Assembly (NCBI GenBank): GCA_963695225.1 | Contig: OY968762.1 | Coordinates: 96,001-160,000 of the forward strand | DNA length: 64,000 bases | Direction of reading: 5' to 3' | Source of the DNA: Vulcanimicrobiota bacterium | GTDB lineage: Bacteria > Vulcanimicrobiota > Vulcanimicrobiia > Vulcanimicrobiales > Vulcanimicrobiaceae | In this document: positions 1 to 12,185 of the stretch, in pieces | Layout of the letters: every line of letters starts with the position of its first letter | Position numbering within the stretch: the stretch's first letter is position 1 | The notes under the pieces: model-generated | Told to the model about the DNA's origin: nothing | What the model saw: the letters and a program-made list of their open reading frames with translations, nothing else | Database searches by the model: none | Translations under genes and position numbers: made by a program

Positions 1-281
1 TCGCTCGCCATCGTGCGCGGATCCCACGGGGGCGAAAACGTGATGTCGACGCGCGTGGTCTTGACGCCCTCGATCGATTCGACCCTGTCGACGACCATCT
101 GGCGGAACATCGGTCCGATGGGGCACATCGGCGACGTCAGCGTCATCGTCACGGTTACGTTCTCGTTCTGGGAGCCGTCGACGTCGATGCCATAGACGAG
201 GCCGAGATCGACGATCCCCATGTTCAGTTCGGGATCCTCGACGGTCTTGAGCGCTTCGCGGACTTGATCTACGGTCGGCAT
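1..281 (-). CDS. DUF59/SufT-like metal-sulfur cluster assembly factor (3' end runs off the window)
   Basis: Manual translation of the minus strand: MPTVDQVREALKTVEDPELNMGIVDLGLVY...TMTLTSPMCP...FSPPWDP, with the DPE, DLGL, TxxxCP and PPW motifs of DUF59. Confidence 0.9.
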   Translation of the reverse strand, partial: MPTVDQVREALKTVEDPELNMGIVDLGLVYGIDVDGSQNENVTVTMTLTSPMCPIGPMFRQMVVDRVESIEGVKTTRVDITFSPPWDPRTMAS

Positions 282-428
282 CGGAGGGCCTCCAGCGAGC
301 ATGGCTTCCGGGAGCATGACTTCGGAACGCCGCCCAAGGTTCCGTCCGCGTTCACCCGTCCGGCGCCGGCAGCGCGACCGAGGATGCCGTGCCGCCGGCG
401 ACGCAGGCGAGCGTCGCCGGCAGGCGCC

Positions 429-1124
429 CTACACCGCCAGGTACCGCTGCATTGCCGCCGTGTCGCGCCGCAACTCCTCGATCGTACCGTGCGCCATGAC
501 GCGGCCGTTCGAAAGGATGTAGCCGCGATCGGAGAGGCTCATCGCGACTTCGGCGTTCTGCTCGACGAGCAGGATCGTGTTCCCCTCGCCCTTGATCCGG
601 CGCACGACGTCCTCGACGTTGCGCGCGATCAGCGGCGCGAGGCCTTCCATCGGCTCGTCGAGCAGGATGATGGCCGGGTTCGCGATCAGGGCGCGCGCGA
701 TCGCGAGCATCTGCTGTTCGCCCCCGGAGAGCTTCGCGAGCGAATCCTTCCGGCGCCCGAGGACCTCGAAATATTCATAGATCCGCTTCTCGTCCCACGG
801 CCCTTTGCGGCCGCGCAATGCCGCGAGGCGCAGGTTCTCGCCGACGGTCAGGTTCGGAAAGATCCGCCGGTCCTCGGGTACGAACGCGATGCCGAGGTTC
901 GAGAGCGCGTACGGCGGGCGGCGCTCGATGCACGCGCCCTTGAAGCGGATGATCCCGGTGCGCGGGGGGACGAGCCCCATGATCGCCTTCAGCGTCGTGG
1001 AACGGCCGCTGCCGTTGCGCCCGAGCAACGCGACGACTTCGCCTTCCTCCACTTCGAGCGAGACATCCTGGAGCACGTGCGATTTGCCGTAGTACGCGTT
1101 GATCCGGTCGACGGTCAAGAGCAT
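429..1124 (-). CDS. livF: Branched-chain amino acid-type ABC transporter ATP-binding subunit (LivF-like)
   Basis: Walker A GRNGSGRST, VPEDRRIF, LSGGEQQMLAIARAL, LLVEQN. Confidence 0.9.
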   Translation of the reverse strand: MLLTVDRINAYYGKSHVLQDVSLEVEEGEVVALLGRNGSGRSTTLKAIMGLVPPRTGIIRFKGACIERRPPYALSNLGIAFVPEDRRIFPNLTVGENLRLAALRGRKGPWDEKRIYEYFEVLGRRKDSLAKLSGGEQQMLAIARALIANPAIILLDEPMEGLAPLIARNVEDVVRRIKGEGNTILLVEQNAEVAMSLSDRGYILSNGRVMAHGTIEELRRDTAAMQRYLAV

Positions 1125-1894
1125 CAGGCGAGCCCCCCGAGGTACGCCTTTTGCACGGCGTCGTTGTTGCGGATCTCCTCGGGCGTCCCGACGGCGAGGA
1201 CCGTCCCCGTTTGCATCACCGTGATCGTCGTCGAGATCGCCATCACGACGTCGATGTCGTGCTCGACGAGCATGATCGTTCGCCCCGGGGCGATCCGCTG
1301 GATCAGTTCGACCGTCGCGTGCGTCTCGAGCGGGGACATGCCGGCGAGCGGTTCGTCGAGCAAGAGCACGTGCGGGTCGCAGGCGATGACGAGGCCGATC
1401 TCCAGCCGCCGCTGATCGCCGTGCGAGAGGTTCTCCGCGCGCGTCGAGGCGAGCCCCTCGAGACCGATGTCGTGGAGGATCGACTCCGTCTTCGTCGAGA
1501 GGTCGCCCATCCGCGAGGAGGGCAGAAAGAAGTTCGCCTTCCCGTCGTGCACGGCTTGAACGGCGAGGCGGACGTTTTCGCGAACCGAAAGTTTGCCGAA
1601 GATGTTCGTGATCTGGAACGAGCGCGCGATGCCGAGGCGCGCGCGCTCGTAGGGCCGCAGCGCCGTGATGTCGCGGCCGCCGAAGAAGATCCTTCCCTCC
1701 GAGGGCGGCAAGAGCCCGGAGAGCAGGTTGAAGAACGTCGTCTTCCCGGCTCCGTTCGGCCCGATGATCGTGCGCACGCCGCCGGACGGAATCTCGAGCG
1801 TCACTTCGTTGACCGCGCGGAAGCCGGAGAATGCGCGCGTGAGGCCCTCGGTCCTGAACGCGTAACCGTCGGCGGTCGCGGCGGCCGAGCTCAC
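1124..1894 (-). CDS. livG: ABC transporter ATP-binding subunit (LivG-like)
   Basis: GPNGAGKTT, LSHGDQRRLEIG, LLDEP, VEHD; true start inferred at GTG 1894 overlapping the upstream stop. Confidence 0.88.
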   Translation of the reverse strand: MSSAAATADGYAFRTEGLTRAFSGFRAVNEVTLEIPSGGVRTIIGPNGAGKTTFFNLLSGLLPPSEGRIFFGGRDITALRPYERARLGIARSFQITNIFGKLSVRENVRLAVQAVHDGKANFFLPSSRMGDLSTKTESILHDIGLEGLASTRAENLSHGDQRRLEIGLVIACDPHVLLLDEPLAGMSPLETHATVELIQRIAPGRTIMLVEHDIDVVMAISTTITVMQTGTVLAVGTPEEIRNNDAVQKAYLGGLA

Positions 1895-2994
1895 GGCGTC
1901 ACCTCCTTCGGGCCCTCGATGTGCTCCGCCGGCTCGCGCCCGCGCAAGCGGCGCAGCGAGCTCTGCAGGCCGTAGTGCTGCAAGTCCTCGATCGCGCCCC
2001 AGATTCCGCGTGGTGCGGCGAGGACGAAGAACGCGAAGACGAGGCCGATGACGCCTTCCCAGTACTTCGTGAGGTGGGCGAAGTTGTTCTGCAATTCCCA
2101 GTAGACGAACGCGCCGACCATCGGGCCGACGAACGTGTTGATGCCGCCGAGCAGCGACATCATCACGACGCGGCCGGAGTAGTCGACGGAGCCGGCATCC
2201 GGATTGATCGATTGCTGGTAGAAGACCCACAGCCACCCGGCGAGCGCCGGGAAGAGCGCGGAAAGCACGAACGCGTTGACGCGGTACTTGTCTACGTCGT
2301 AGCCGAGGAATCTCGCGCGTTGCTTGTTCTCGCGGATCGCGTGCAGGACGCTCCCGAACGGCGATTCCAGCAGCCAGTACATCGCGGCGCACGCGAGCAG
2401 CGAGACGACCGCGGTGAAGATGAAGAAGTGCAGCGAGTTGTTCGCGAGCCACCCTTCGGGCAGGCCCGGCAGGTTCGGCCGCTCGATCGCTTGGATGCCG
2501 TCCTCCCCGCCCGTGAAGTCGCTCCATTTATAGGTGATGAAGAAGATCACTTGCGCGAACGCGAGCGTGATCATCGAATAATAGATGCCGCTCGAACGCG
2601 GCACGATCAGCCGGGCGAGGAACCACGCCCACAGCGAGGCGATCGCGAGCGCCAGGCCGAGCGCGAGCAGGAGGTTCGACGCGGCCGCGTGATGGACGGC
2701 CACGCCGAAGAGCGTCACGTCGAAGCCCTTCGAGTAGAGGCCGGTCACGTACGCGCCGAGCGTGAAGAACATCGCGTGCCCGAACGAGAGTTCGCCCATG
2801 TGCCCGAACAAGAGGTTGAAGCCGAGCGCGAACAGCGCGAAGACCAAGATCGTCGTCCCGAGATCGACGAACCCCGCGTGCAGCGGGAGCCGCCCTGCGG
2901 CAAAGGGGTTGAGGTCGAACGAGCCGCCCGGCATGACGAACGGGATGAGCGCGAACGCGATTGCGATCGCGCCGAGCGTCCGCAACGCTTTCAC
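1891..2994 (-). CDS. livM: Branched-chain amino acid ABC permease (LivM-like)
   Basis: LSFGHAMFF, TGGEDG, SPFGSVLHAIREN, multiple TM segments; start inferred at GTG 2994. Confidence 0.88.
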   Translation of the reverse strand: MKALRTLGAIAIAFALIPFVMPGGSFDLNPFAAGRLPLHAGFVDLGTTILVFALFALGFNLLFGHMGELSFGHAMFFTLGAYVTGLYSKGFDVTLFGVAVHHAAASNLLLALGLALAIASLWAWFLARLIVPRSSGIYYSMITLAFAQVIFFITYKWSDFTGGEDGIQAIERPNLPGLPEGWLANNSLHFFIFTAVVSLLACAAMYWLLESPFGSVLHAIRENKQRARFLGYDVDKYRVNAFVLSALFPALAGWLWVFYQQSINPDAGSVDYSGRVVMMSLLGGINTFVGPMVGAFVYWELQNNFAHLTKYWEGVIGLVFAFFVLAAPRGIWGAIEDLQHYGLQSSLRRLRGREPAEHIEGPKEVTP

Positions 2995-3869
2995 TCGAAG
3001 AGCCCCTCGACGCCGAAGATGCCGCGCGGGCGCACGAGCAGGATGATCCCCATGATGATGAAGCCCGTCAACTCGACGGCGGGCGGATAGAACAGCTCCA
3101 TCATGCTCGAGAGGATGCCGATGATGAGACCGCCGACGATCGCGCCCCAAAACGAACCGATCCCGCCGACGATCACGATGACGAACGTCAAGATGATCCA
3201 GCTTGCCGCGAGGCCCGGCTGAATGGCATAGACAGGTGCGGCAAGCGCGCCGGCTAGTCCCGCCATAAACGAGCCGATTCCGAAGACGAACGTGAACATC
3301 AGCGGCATGTTGACGCCCAAGATCTTCACCATCTCGGCGTCGCGCGTTCCGGCGCGGATGATCATGCCGACGTTCGTCTTGTTGATGAGGAGCCACACGC
3401 CCGCCAGGATCACGATCGTGGCGATCACGAGGAAGATATCCTTATAAACCGGGAATTCCGAGCCGCCGATCGTGACCTCGCCGCGCAGGTAGTCGGGGAG
3501 GCTCGGGAAGCGGACGGCGTCGTCCCCCCAGACGCGGCGTACGAATTGTTCGAAGACGAGCGCCGTGCCGAACGTCAGCAGCAGCGTGTATTCGGGGAGG
3601 CGTTTGTAGAGCGGCCGGATCAGCGTGGATTCGAAGAGCATTCCGAACGCGCCGATCGCGAGGGCCGCGCCGAAGATTCCGGGCCAAAACCCGATGCGCG
3701 GCGCCAGCTGATACGCCATGTAGGCGCCTAGCATGAAGAACGAGCCGTGCGAGAAGTTGATGACGCCCATCAAGCCGAGGATGATGTTGAGGCCGAGCGC
3801 GACGAGGATGTAGAGCATGCCGAGCGTGATGCCGTTGAAGAGCTGATCGGCGATGTGGTTGAAGGGCAT
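2991..3869 (-). CDS. livH: Branched-chain amino acid ABC permease (LivH-like)
   Basis: NGITLGMLYILVALGL...VINFSHG, VIVGGIGS, LLVRPRGIFG; start ATG 3869. Confidence 0.9.
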   Translation of the reverse strand: MPFNHIADQLFNGITLGMLYILVALGLNIILGLMGVINFSHGSFFMLGAYMAYQLAPRIGFWPGIFGAALAIGAFGMLFESTLIRPLYKRLPEYTLLLTFGTALVFEQFVRRVWGDDAVRFPSLPDYLRGEVTIGGSEFPVYKDIFLVIATIVILAGVWLLINKTNVGMIIRAGTRDAEMVKILGVNMPLMFTFVFGIGSFMAGLAGALAAPVYAIQPGLAASWIILTFVIVIVGGIGSFWGAIVGGLIIGILSSMMELFYPPAVELTGFIIMGIILLVRPRGIFGVEGLFE

Positions 3870-4234
3870 GGATCGTCGCGGACCTCCGGTGCGTGCGCGC
3901 ACGGGCGGCGAACGGTCGCAGCGAGAGAGGCGAGCCGGTCGGGACGCTACTGTTACGAAAGTCGCAGGAGGTTACCTCGTCGCCGCGCCAGGGGCTTAGG
4001 TCCCGGAGCGGCGCCTGTTAGGCAGTGCTAGCAACGTAGGCGTGGGCGCGAACGTGCCGCATCGACCCCGCTACGGCGGAGCGCCTCGGGCCGCACGCAC
4101 GAAAACACGACGCCGGCGAAAGCGCCGTCGTCGAGTCTTTCGTTACGCGAATGCTCCACGCCGGAGGCGACACGGCTCCGGGCCGCCTCGTCCGACCGGC
4201 CGCAGCCCCCTCCGGCAACGGTCGAGGGAGTAGG

Positions 4235-4522
4235 TTAGGGTTTGCGCCTCCGGCCGGCGCCCTCGCGCCGCAGGAGTTCGCCCAAGACCGCGTCGTCATC
4301 GCTTTGGGCGAAAAACGCCGCCAGCGAATGCTCGATGACCGCGCTCTCGCTGACCCGCTGGAAGAAGGCGAACTCCTCCAGCCGCTCTGCGAGAGCGACG
4401 CTCAGCGTGTGGGAGACCTTTGAGACGCTGCTCTTGCGCGGCGCCTCGTTACCGTTGTCCACGTTCCGGGCCCTGGGGGCGGCGTTCTCTGCCGGGATAC
4501 GGCTGTTGAGTTGTTTGTTCAT
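4235..4522 (-). CDS. Small protein with a probable C-terminal ribbon-helix-helix domain
   Basis: 95 aa; polar N-terminal tail then KVSHTLSVALAERLEEFAFFQRVSESAVIEHSL, a strand-helix-helix pattern typical of CopG/RHH. Confidence 0.55.
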   Translation of the reverse strand: MNKQLNSRIPAENAAPRARNVDNGNEAPRKSSVSKVSHTLSVALAERLEEFAFFQRVSESAVIEHSLAAFFAQSDDDAVLGELLRREGAGRRRKP

Positions 4523-4769
4523 CCTAGCTGCTTCTGTAGTGAGTTGTAGTGCAAAAAGCGCCGGGAGGTCGGACCATCAACCCGGTAGTGGCTATCCCCT
4601 GCTTACATTGTGCTCCTCGACGAAACTAAAGTAAACGGCTCGCCTGTTCATCGGGTATAACGCCTTTGGGCCGGCAGGCCGGCGACTTGGGGCGAGGGCC
4701 CCGGGCGGCGGCGTCAAACCCGAAGCATCCCCGGCGGAGCCGGGGACCCGATGGGAGAATCAAGAGACC

Positions 4770-7271
<2,502 letters not shown>

Positions 7272-7391
7272 GCGCCGGTCGGCAGTCCATTTGCAGCGTG
7301 GCGGGCCCGTCTACCGGCGGCGGTCGCCTCGTGGTTCGCGCGCGATCTGGTAGCGGCGGCGCTCGGCTTCATCGAAGGCGGGCGCGTCGTC

Positions 7392-10300
7392 TTGCGCGTC
7401 GTGGAGGAACTCCGCGTTGAAGCCGAGGTCCGCGACCCGCGTTTCCCGGTTCCGCTCGTCGCGCTGGTCGAATGGGGCGGCGGGACGGGACCTCTCGCGT
7501 TGCGCCCGGTGTGCACGTGCGGCGCGAGCGGCGTGTGCGCGCACGCGATCGCGGCCCTCGAGGCCGTCCGTTCCCAGACGGAGTTCACGCAGCGCTCTCC
7601 GGACGACGATCTCGACCTGAGCTGGATTCCGAGCTCGCAGGCCGTCGGCACTGGCCGCCGCGCGCGGAGCGTCTGGGTCGTGTTCTCGATCGCCGAGGGC
7701 GCCGTCGGCGCGATGCTCGTTCTCGATTCGCCGCGCTTGCGCGGCGCTGCGCGCGACGCAACGGCCGTGTTGGCGATGATGGACTCCTCGCCGGCCGACG
7801 ATTGGGACGAAGCCGACCGCGAGTTGCTGCGCGACGAAGCCGTCCACGACGCGTTCAACGGGCGTACGCCCGCGAAGGCGCTGGGGCGCGCGATGCTCGC
7901 GCTGGCACGCCATCCGCGCGTCCGCTTCGACCCGGATCCTTCGCTCGGCCGGCATCCCTCCGAACTCCCCGAGTTCGCCGTCGATCTGCGCGGCCTGCGC
8001 TTGCGGGCGACGCAGCGCGCGGGAACGTTCGTCCCGCTCGTGGTCAACGCCGATGCCCGGCGCGTCGCGATCGCCGACGCCGCGCTCATCTCCGGGCCGC
8101 CGCAATGGCTCGTCACGAAGCGGAGCGCCTACTTGCTCGACGGGAGCTTCGCCCCCCAGAAGGTGATCGAGGCCGCCCGTCAGGCGAACGGAGCGGCTCC
8201 CGCCAAGGGTGCGAAACCCGCATTCTCGTTGCGGACGATCGAGCGCGTCGCGCCGTATTTGCTACGCGACGAGCGCGCGCAACTCGGGATCGTCGACGCC
8301 GCCCAGCCTTCGGCCGACGTGGCGTTCGCCTGGAACGCGGGCGCGCTCGTCGCCGTCCTCACGTTCATCGATCGAGCGACCGGGGCGCGGGCTCCCTACG
8401 ACGTGCACGGCGCGATCGCGCGCGAAGGGACGGGGTTCGTCCGCTTCACGGCCGAGCACGCGCATTCGCTGCGCCATCGGATGCTCGAGGCCGGCTTCGT
8501 CCCGCGCGGGATCGACGCGTTCGCGCTACACGGGACGGATCGCGCGGCGGCGTTCGTGCGCGAGACGCTCCCGGCTTGGGGCGATTTCGACCGCCGGTTG
8601 GATCCCGGTCTCGCGGAACTCGCGGCGGGCGGCGGGCAACTCGACATCTCCGTCTCGGCGGTCCGGCCGAAAGGCGAGGCGGATTGGTTCGAGCTGAACG
8701 TCGATGCGATGCTCCCCGACGGGCAGACGCTGACGCCGGCCGAGATCGAGGCGTTGTTGGCCTCGTCGGGCCGGTACGCCGAGGTCCGCGGCCGGCTCGT
8801 CGACGTCGAGAGACTCCGCGCGCGCAGCATCCTCGTCTCCGATCTGACGGAGCGCAAGCGCACGGGCCTCGCCGCGCTCCTGGCGTTGCGCGACGAACTG
8901 CACGAGAACTTCGATAACGTTTCCCTGCCGCCGGAAGTCGAGGCGCTCCGCGAGCGCCTGCGGGAGTTCGCCGGGATCGCGCACGTCACGCCGCCGGCGC
9001 TGCAAGGCGGCGAGCTGCGGCACTATCAGGAGATCGGGCTCGACTTCCTCTCGTATCTCGCCTCGTTCTCGTTCGGCGGCATCCTCGCCGACGAAATGGG
9101 CCTCGGCAAGACGATCCAGGTGATCAGCCACTTGCTCCATCGCAAGCACGGCGAAGGAGCGGCTCCGTCGCTCGTGATCGCGCCGACTTCCGTGACGCAC
9201 ACCTGGGAGAACGAGATCAAGCGCTTCGGGCCCGAGCTCTCGACGTTGCGGCTGCAATCCGGGAGCGAGCGCGCCGCCCGCTACGAGGAGATCGCCGCGG
9301 CCGACGTCGTGATCACCTCGTACGCCATCGCCCGCATCGACGCCGAGCAACTGGCGCAGCAGCGCTTTAGAACGCTGATCCTCGACGAGGCGCAGAACGC
9401 GAAGAACCCGAGCTCGCAGATCGCGCGAGTCGTCCGTTCGCTCTCGGCCGACCACCGCATCGCGCTGACCGGCACGCCCGTCGAAAACTCCCTGCGCGAT
9501 CTCTGGGCGATCTTCGCGTTTGCGGAACCGGGGCTGCTCGGGACGGAATCCGCCTTCAGGCGCCGTTTCGAAGTCCCGATCGCCGAGGGTGACGCGCAGG
9601 CGACGCACGCGCTGCGGGCGCGCCTCGAGCCCTTCGTGCTGCGCCGCACGAAAGAGGACGTCGCGCCCGAACTCCCCGAGCGTACCGAAGTGGTCCTGGA
9701 ATGCGATCTCTCCCCGCTGCAGCGGCGCCTCTACCGCGGCGTCGCGGAGGCGGCGCGGCGGGACCTCTTCCCGCTCGTCGAGGCGCAGGGAATCGAGCGG
9801 ACGACGGTCCACGTGCTCGCCGCGCTGACGCGGCTGCGCCAGATCTGCGCGCACCCGGGGATGCTCTTCGAAGAGCACCGCGCCGACCCCGATGCGAGCG
9901 CGAAGTTCGACTCGTTCCTCGAGACCGTCGAGGAGATTCTCTCCGGCGAGCACCGCGTGCTCGTCTTCAGCGCGTTCGCGTCGATGCTCAAGATCATGCG
10001 TGCCGAACTCGACCGCCGGGGCATCGGCTACGGCTATCTCGACGGCTCGACGAAGGATCGCGACCGCAGCGCGGAGGTCGAGCGCTTCATGCGGCCGGAC
10101 GGCCCGCCGGTCTTCCTCTGTTCGCTCAAGGCCGGCGGCGTCGGATTGACGCTCACGGCGGCGGACTACGTGATCCTCTACGACCCGTGGTGGAACCCGG
10201 CCGTGGAACGCCAGGCGATCGACCGCACGCACCGCATCGGACAGAAGCGCAACGTGACCGCCTACCGGCTCGTCTCGAGCGGGACCGTCGAAGAGAAGAT

Positions 10301-10418
10301 TCGGGTCCTCGCGGAACGGAAAGCGGATCTTTCCAGGGCCGTCATCAAGGCCGACGGCGCGATCGCGAAGTCCCTGACCCGCGAAGATCTCGAACTGCTG
10401 CTCGCCGACCCGGAGTGA
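7392..10418 (+). CDS. SWIM zinc finger + SNF2-family helicase
   Basis: CTC...CAH SWIM motif; ILADEMGLGKT, DEAQ, LTGTPVEN, SLKAGGVGLTL, DPWWNPAVERQAIDRTHRIGQ; start uncertain. Confidence 0.92.
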   Translation: MRVVEELRVEAEVRDPRFPVPLVALVEWGGGTGPLALRPVCTCGASGVCAHAIAALEAVRSQTEFTQRSPDDDLDLSWIPSSQAVGTGRRARSVWVVFSIAEGAVGAMLVLDSPRLRGAARDATAVLAMMDSSPADDWDEADRELLRDEAVHDAFNGRTPAKALGRAMLALARHPRVRFDPDPSLGRHPSELPEFAVDLRGLRLRATQRAGTFVPLVVNADARRVAIADAALISGPPQWLVTKRSAYLLDGSFAPQKVIEAARQANGAAPAKGAKPAFSLRTIERVAPYLLRDERAQLGIVDAAQPSADVAFAWNAGALVAVLTFIDRATGARAPYDVHGAIAREGTGFVRFTAEHAHSLRHRMLEAGFVPRGIDAFALHGTDRAAAFVRETLPAWGDFDRRLDPGLAELAAGGGQLDISVSAVRPKGEADWFELNVDAMLPDGQTLTPAEIEALLASSGRYAEVRGRLVDVERLRARSILVSDLTERKRTGLAALLALRDELHENFDNVSLPPEVEALRERLREFAGIAHVTPPALQGGELRHYQEIGLDFLSYLASFSFGGILADEMGLGKTIQVISHLLHRKHGEGAAPSLVIAPTSVTHTWENEIKRFGPELSTLRLQSGSERAARYEEIAAADVVITSYAIARIDAEQLAQQRFRTLILDEAQNAKNPSSQIARVVRSLSADHRIALTGTPVENSLRDLWAIFAFAEPGLLGTESAFRRRFEVPIAEGDAQATHALRARLEPFVLRRTKEDVAPELPERTEVVLECDLSPLQRRLYRGVAEAARRDLFPLVEAQGIERTTVHVLAALTRLRQICAHPGMLFEEHRADPDASAKFDSFLETVEEILSGEHRVLVFSAFASMLKIMRAELDRRGIGYGYLDGSTKDRDRSAEVERFMRPDGPPVFLCSLKAGGVGLTLTAADYVILYDPWWNPAVERQAIDRTHRIGQKRNVTAYRLVSSGTVEEKIRVLAERKADLSRAVIKADGAIAKSLTREDLELLLADPE

Positions 10419-10419
10419 G

Positions 10420-10458
10420 CCTTACGGCGCCGCCCTCTCCGGCGGGGGCGCCGTAAGG
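10420..10458. terminator. Strong intergenic hairpin, possible terminator without a U-tract
   Basis: CCTTACGGCGCC (10420-10431) pairs perfectly with GGCGCCGTAAGG (10447-10458) just after the SNF2 stop. Confidence 0.5.
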
Positions 10459-10504
10459 AGGCGCCGCAGGTTCGGAGAATCGGCACTCCCGGAGGGTGAG
10501 GGGG

Positions 10505-12169
10505 ATGAAGAGCTACGTTCACGGCGCAAGTTCCAAGCCGCTGATCGGCGAGACGATCGGGGCGCACTTCGATCGTATGGCGGAGCGCTACGCGGCAAGC
10601 GACGCAGTCGTCTCCGTCCATCAGGGTGTCCGCCTCACCTACGCGGAGCTCCGCAAGGCGACCGACGAGTTCGCGCGGGGCCTCGCGGCGCTCGGCGTCA
10701 AGCACGGCGACCGCGTCGGGATCTGGTCGACGAACAACGTCGAATGGATCGTCGCGCAGTTCGCGACGCCGAAGATCGGCGCGATCCTCGTCAACATCAA
10801 CCCCGCCTACCGCACGAGCGAAGTGGCCTACGTCCTCAAGCAGAGCGGCGTCTCCGTGCTGCTCTCGCAGGTCCGGCACAAGACGAGCGATTACGCGGGG
10901 ATGTTGCGCCAAGTCGGGCGCGATCTTCCCGACCTGCGCCGCGTGGTGTTCATCGGAGACGACGAGCTCGACGCGCCGTTCGCCGACTCGATGCGCTGGG
11001 CCGACGTGCTCGCCGCGGCGCCGCACTTCCCGGAGGAACAGTTGCGCGCGCGTCTGGAGCGGACGGAGTTCGACGAAGCGATCAACATCCAATACACATC
11101 GGGGACGACGGGCTTCCCGAAGGGCGCCACACTCTCGCACCACAACATCCTCAACAACGGCTTCTTCATCGGCGAAGGCTGTCGCTACACGGAGAAGGAT
11201 CGCGTCTGCATCCCCGTGCCGTTCTACCACTGCTTCGGAATGGTGCTTGCGAACCTGGCCTGCATCACGCACGGCGCGGCGATGGTGATCCCCGCGCCGA
11301 CGTTCGATTCGCAGCTTACGATGGAGGCCGTCGAGAAGGAGAAGTGCACGTCGCTCTACGGCGTCCCGACGATGTTCATCGCCGAGCTGTCGCTCCCGAA
11401 TTTCAAGGAGTACGACGTCTCGACGTTGCGCACGGGGATCATGGCCGGTTCTCCCTGCCCGGTCGAGGTGATGAAACGCGTCCAGAGCGAGATGCACATG
11501 CCGGAGGTCACGATCTGCTACGGTATGACCGAGACCTCGCCCGTCTCGACGCAGACCGCCGTCGACGATCCGCTCGCGAAGCGGACGGAGACGGTCGGCC
11601 GCGTCCATCCGCACCTCGAAGTGAAGATCGTCGACGAGCACGGGCAGATCGTCCCGCGCGGGACGCCGGGCGAACTCTGCACGCGCGGCTACAGCGTGAT
11701 GCTCGGCTACTGGCGCGACCCGGAGAACACCGCGAAGGCGATCGACGGCGCCCGCTACATGCACACCGGCGACATCGCGACGATGGACGAGGACGGGTAC
11801 CTGAACATCAGCGGGCGCATCAAGGACATGGTGATCCGCGGCGGCGAGAACCTCTACCCGCGCGAGATCGAGGAGTTCCTCTACTCGCATCCGGCGATCC
11901 GCGACGTGCAAGTCGTCGGCGTCCCGGACCTCAAGTACGGCGAGGAGCTCTGCGCTTGGGTGATCCTGCATCCGGGCGCGAACGTGACGGAGGACGAGAT
12001 CAAGGAGTACTGTCGCGGGAAGATCGCGCACTACAAGATCCCGCGCTACGTGCGCTTCGCGACGGAATTTCCGATGACGGTCACCGGGAAGATTCGCAAG
12101 GTGGAGATGCGCGCGATTTCGACGACCGAGTTGGGCTTGGAGGCCGCGGCGAAGGTCAAGACGGCCTGA
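10505..12169 (+). CDS. AMP-binding acyl-CoA synthetase (ACSF2/fatty-acyl-CoA ligase-like)
   Basis: [45 protein letters not shown] upstream; alternative GTG start at 10496. Confidence 0.92.
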   Translation: MKSYVHGASSKPLIGETIGAHFDRMAERYAASDAVVSVHQGVRLTYAELRKATDEFARGLAALGVKHGDRVGIWSTNNVEWIVAQFATPKIGAILVNINPAYRTSEVAYVLKQSGVSVLLSQVRHKTSDYAGMLRQVGRDLPDLRRVVFIGDDELDAPFADSMRWADVLAAAPHFPEEQLRARLERTEFDEAINIQYTSGTTGFPKGATLSHHNILNNGFFIGEGCRYTEKDRVCIPVPFYHCFGMVLANLACITHGAAMVIPAPTFDSQLTMEAVEKEKCTSLYGVPTMFIAELSLPNFKEYDVSTLRTGIMAGSPCPVEVMKRVQSEMHMPEVTICYGMTETSPVSTQTAVDDPLAKRTETVGRVHPHLEVKIVDEHGQIVPRGTPGELCTRGYSVMLGYWRDPENTAKAIDGARYMHTGDIATMDEDGYLNISGRIKDMVIRGGENLYPREIEEFLYSHPAIRDVQVVGVPDLKYGEELCAWVILHPGANVTEDEIKEYCRGKIAHYKIPRYVRFATEFPMTVTGKIRKVEMRAISTTELGLEAAAKVKTA

Positions 12170-12185
12170 CCGGGGAGCGCCGCTC

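Noticed and set aside
1124..2527. Long N-terminal extensions in the ORF track (livG, zwf, phnJ, phnM, phnL, ftcD and others) suggesting fusions
   Set aside because: The extensions overlap the upstream gene in another frame; true starts sit at overlapping stop/start junctions
3870..4234. Riboswitch in the long leader upstream of livH
   Set aside because: Small hairpins are present but I recognise no aptamer consensus; needs an Infernal search
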